The translations under genes and the position numbers were made by a program. From the NCBI GenBank assembly GCA_000697335.1, contig JNEM01010206.1, positions 1 through 39,029 of the forward strand: DNA of 39,029 nucleotides, in the 5' to 3' direction. Source of the DNA: Conidiobolus incongruus B7586. Lineage: Eukaryota. Positions within the stretch are counted from its first letter, which is position 1. Each line of letters begins with the position of its first letter. The notes below the pieces were generated by a model that was given only the letters and a program-made list of their open reading frames with translations, made no database searches and was not told the DNA's origin. Shown one piece after another: positions 37,005 to 39,029 of the stretch.

Positions 37005-37907
37005 ATGTCTGCCATCACCCGTACTCTTGCCCAATCCGCCCCCAAGGTACTACCTCATCCAATATTACGTCACGCAACTAAAACTCAATAACATACATAT
37101 TTTAAAATTCAGTAAACTGATTCGATTTTTTAATTTCTTAGTTAGCCCGCTCTTATGCTACATCTGTCCAAAAAGTTCAAGTAATTTCAATCTGTGTTGA
37201 ATTTAAACTGAAATGTTATTGACCTAAAATGAATCTAGGTTCCTTTGACTTTACACGGAATTCACGGCCGTTACGCCACTGCCTTATACACCGCTGCTGT
37301 CAAGAAGAATGCTTTAGATCAAGTTGAAGCTGATTTGAAGAAATTCACCGAAACCTTGAACAAGGATCCTAAGGCTGTTGCTCTCTTGGAAAACCCCACC
37401 CTCAAAAAGGAATCTCGTGCTGTTGTTGTTGAAGCCGTCTTCCAAAAGGCCAAACTCAATCCTCTCACCTCCAATCTCTTCTCCGTCTTGGCCGAAAACC
37501 GTCGTTTGGACCAAGCTTCTAAGATTGTCGAATCCTACCAAGCTCTTATGTCTGCTCACCGTGGTGAAGTTGTTGTCAACGTCACCTCCGCCAAGGTACA
37601 TTCAATTCATTCTCAAAATGTCGAAATGCTAACATCTTTCATAGTCTTTGGAATCTGATCTCTTGACTCAACTCAAGAACAACTTGTCCAAGAGCTCCCT
37701 CGCCAAGGATGCCAAGTCCGTCGTCATCAAAAACACCGTCAGCCCCTCCATCTTGGGTGGTTTGATCATTGAAGTTGGTGACAAGACCATCGACTTGTCC
37801 GTCGCCAGCAAGGTTATGAAACTCAACAAGCTTTTAACCGGTAAATAATATTTTCTTATTATTTATAATTCTCTTATTAATATTGACTTCTTATAGATGC
37901 TATCTAA
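37005..37907 (+). CDS. ATP5: mitochondrial ATP synthase subunit 5 (OSCP), 5 exons
   Basis: Presequence MSAITRTLAQSAPKLARSYA, then GIHGRYATALY, LAENRRL, AHRGEV and SILGGLIIEVGDKTIDLSV. Strong C/T-ending codon bias; last exon (D)AI*. Confidence 0.97.
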
Positions 37908-39029
37908 ATTCTATCTTTTCAACAATGAAAAATCAAATATATTAAGTTTTTAAAAACTTAATTTTGTTTAATATTTTTTATTAACCACACTATTATTTAT
38001 TGTTTAGTATTTTGATCATCATTTATTATAATATTATTTTTTCTGATTCTATATTTTTATAACTATGATTTAGATATTTTCGTAGTTATTTAATCTATAA
38101 GCTAATATTTAATATTTAAACATTTTACTCAGCTCTTTTTAGCGACAGACTTTAATGATACAATTATTAATGATTACTTTATGATTTATCGTTTAATACT
38201 ATTTTACCTAAATATTTATATTTCCAATATATTTGAAATCAATTTAATGTTATTATTGTCAACAATTATTTCCAGAATTTTTCATTAGTATTGTACAATA
38301 TTAACCTCTTAAAATCTGTTTATTGTTATATCTCAGAGTAATACACTAATTTTGAAATAATGATTTTCAATAATAAGGTTATTTTAATTTATTTTATATC
38401 TTGAGCTTAAATATAGTTGATATACAACCACGAATGATAAGTTGTTAAATAATATTATATATCCACATAATATATTATTATCATTTACTCTTTCAAAATT
38501 AATATTTAATCAATAATTATTGATAATCTTATTTATTATTATCAAATGACTTTAGAATAATCTAAACTAAAATCATATATGAGCCACTGGTCCATTTCAC
38601 AATTTTTAAAACAAAATGAGAATATTCAAATTAATATTACATATTATAATACAGTCATATTGAATTATTATTAATAAATAAATTTTAAAAAATAATAGTA
38701 TGTTATTTAAATGTAATCCAAGATTAAAACTTTATAATTCAGAAATTTTAAAATTATTCTCTATATTTTATTATATTAGTGATATATTTAATTTAAAAAA
38801 TAAAAAAATTACTAAATAATGAAAATAATATTATTAATTTAGTTATTATTAAGTTTAATATTTTAACTATATTGTCGACTTTTCGAAATATATTCTATTC
38901 AAAAATAATAAAAGTAACAATATATTCAAAATCGAACAAAAATATTTAAAGTATATTTTATGATTTAAAAGTCAATAAAATATTTTATGTTAAAATAATT
39001 ATTTGAAAAAATTAAAATTTTCAAATCAA

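Noticed and set aside
1..39029. CRISPR array, rRNA or complete tRNA genes
   Set aside because: The sequence is eukaryotic, and I saw no repeat-spacer array or full RNA gene structure.

Overview
AT-rich eukaryotic genomic DNA with short GT-AG introns (mostly about 45-70 nt) and fungal-type proteins. I infer an early-diverging (non-Dikarya) fungus, possibly Zoopagomycota/Conidiobolus-like; this is not established. Recognisable genes: a Bni4/Phactr-type PP1 regulator, a spliced NEPRO/Rmp1-like RNase MRP subunit that the ORF track mostly misses, CBP80, NOC2, FCP1, a P2X receptor-like channel, a phosducin-like protein and ATP5 (OSCP), plus three hypothetical proteins. The strongest signal is two direct-orientation copies of a 1.3 kb DD34D mariner transposon (4067-5374, 27815-29132). 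By hand count their 1035-bp transposase regions differ by about 95 transitions and only 2 transversions; I see no CpG in either copy and the termini are spared. This looks like repeat-induced point mutation (RIP) in a lineage where RIP is not the textbook expectation. Two divergent ~335 bp solo LTRs with matching architecture and ATAT target duplications keep their GC and CpG. A shared AATCCCATAAT motif lies upstream of three RNA-processing genes.
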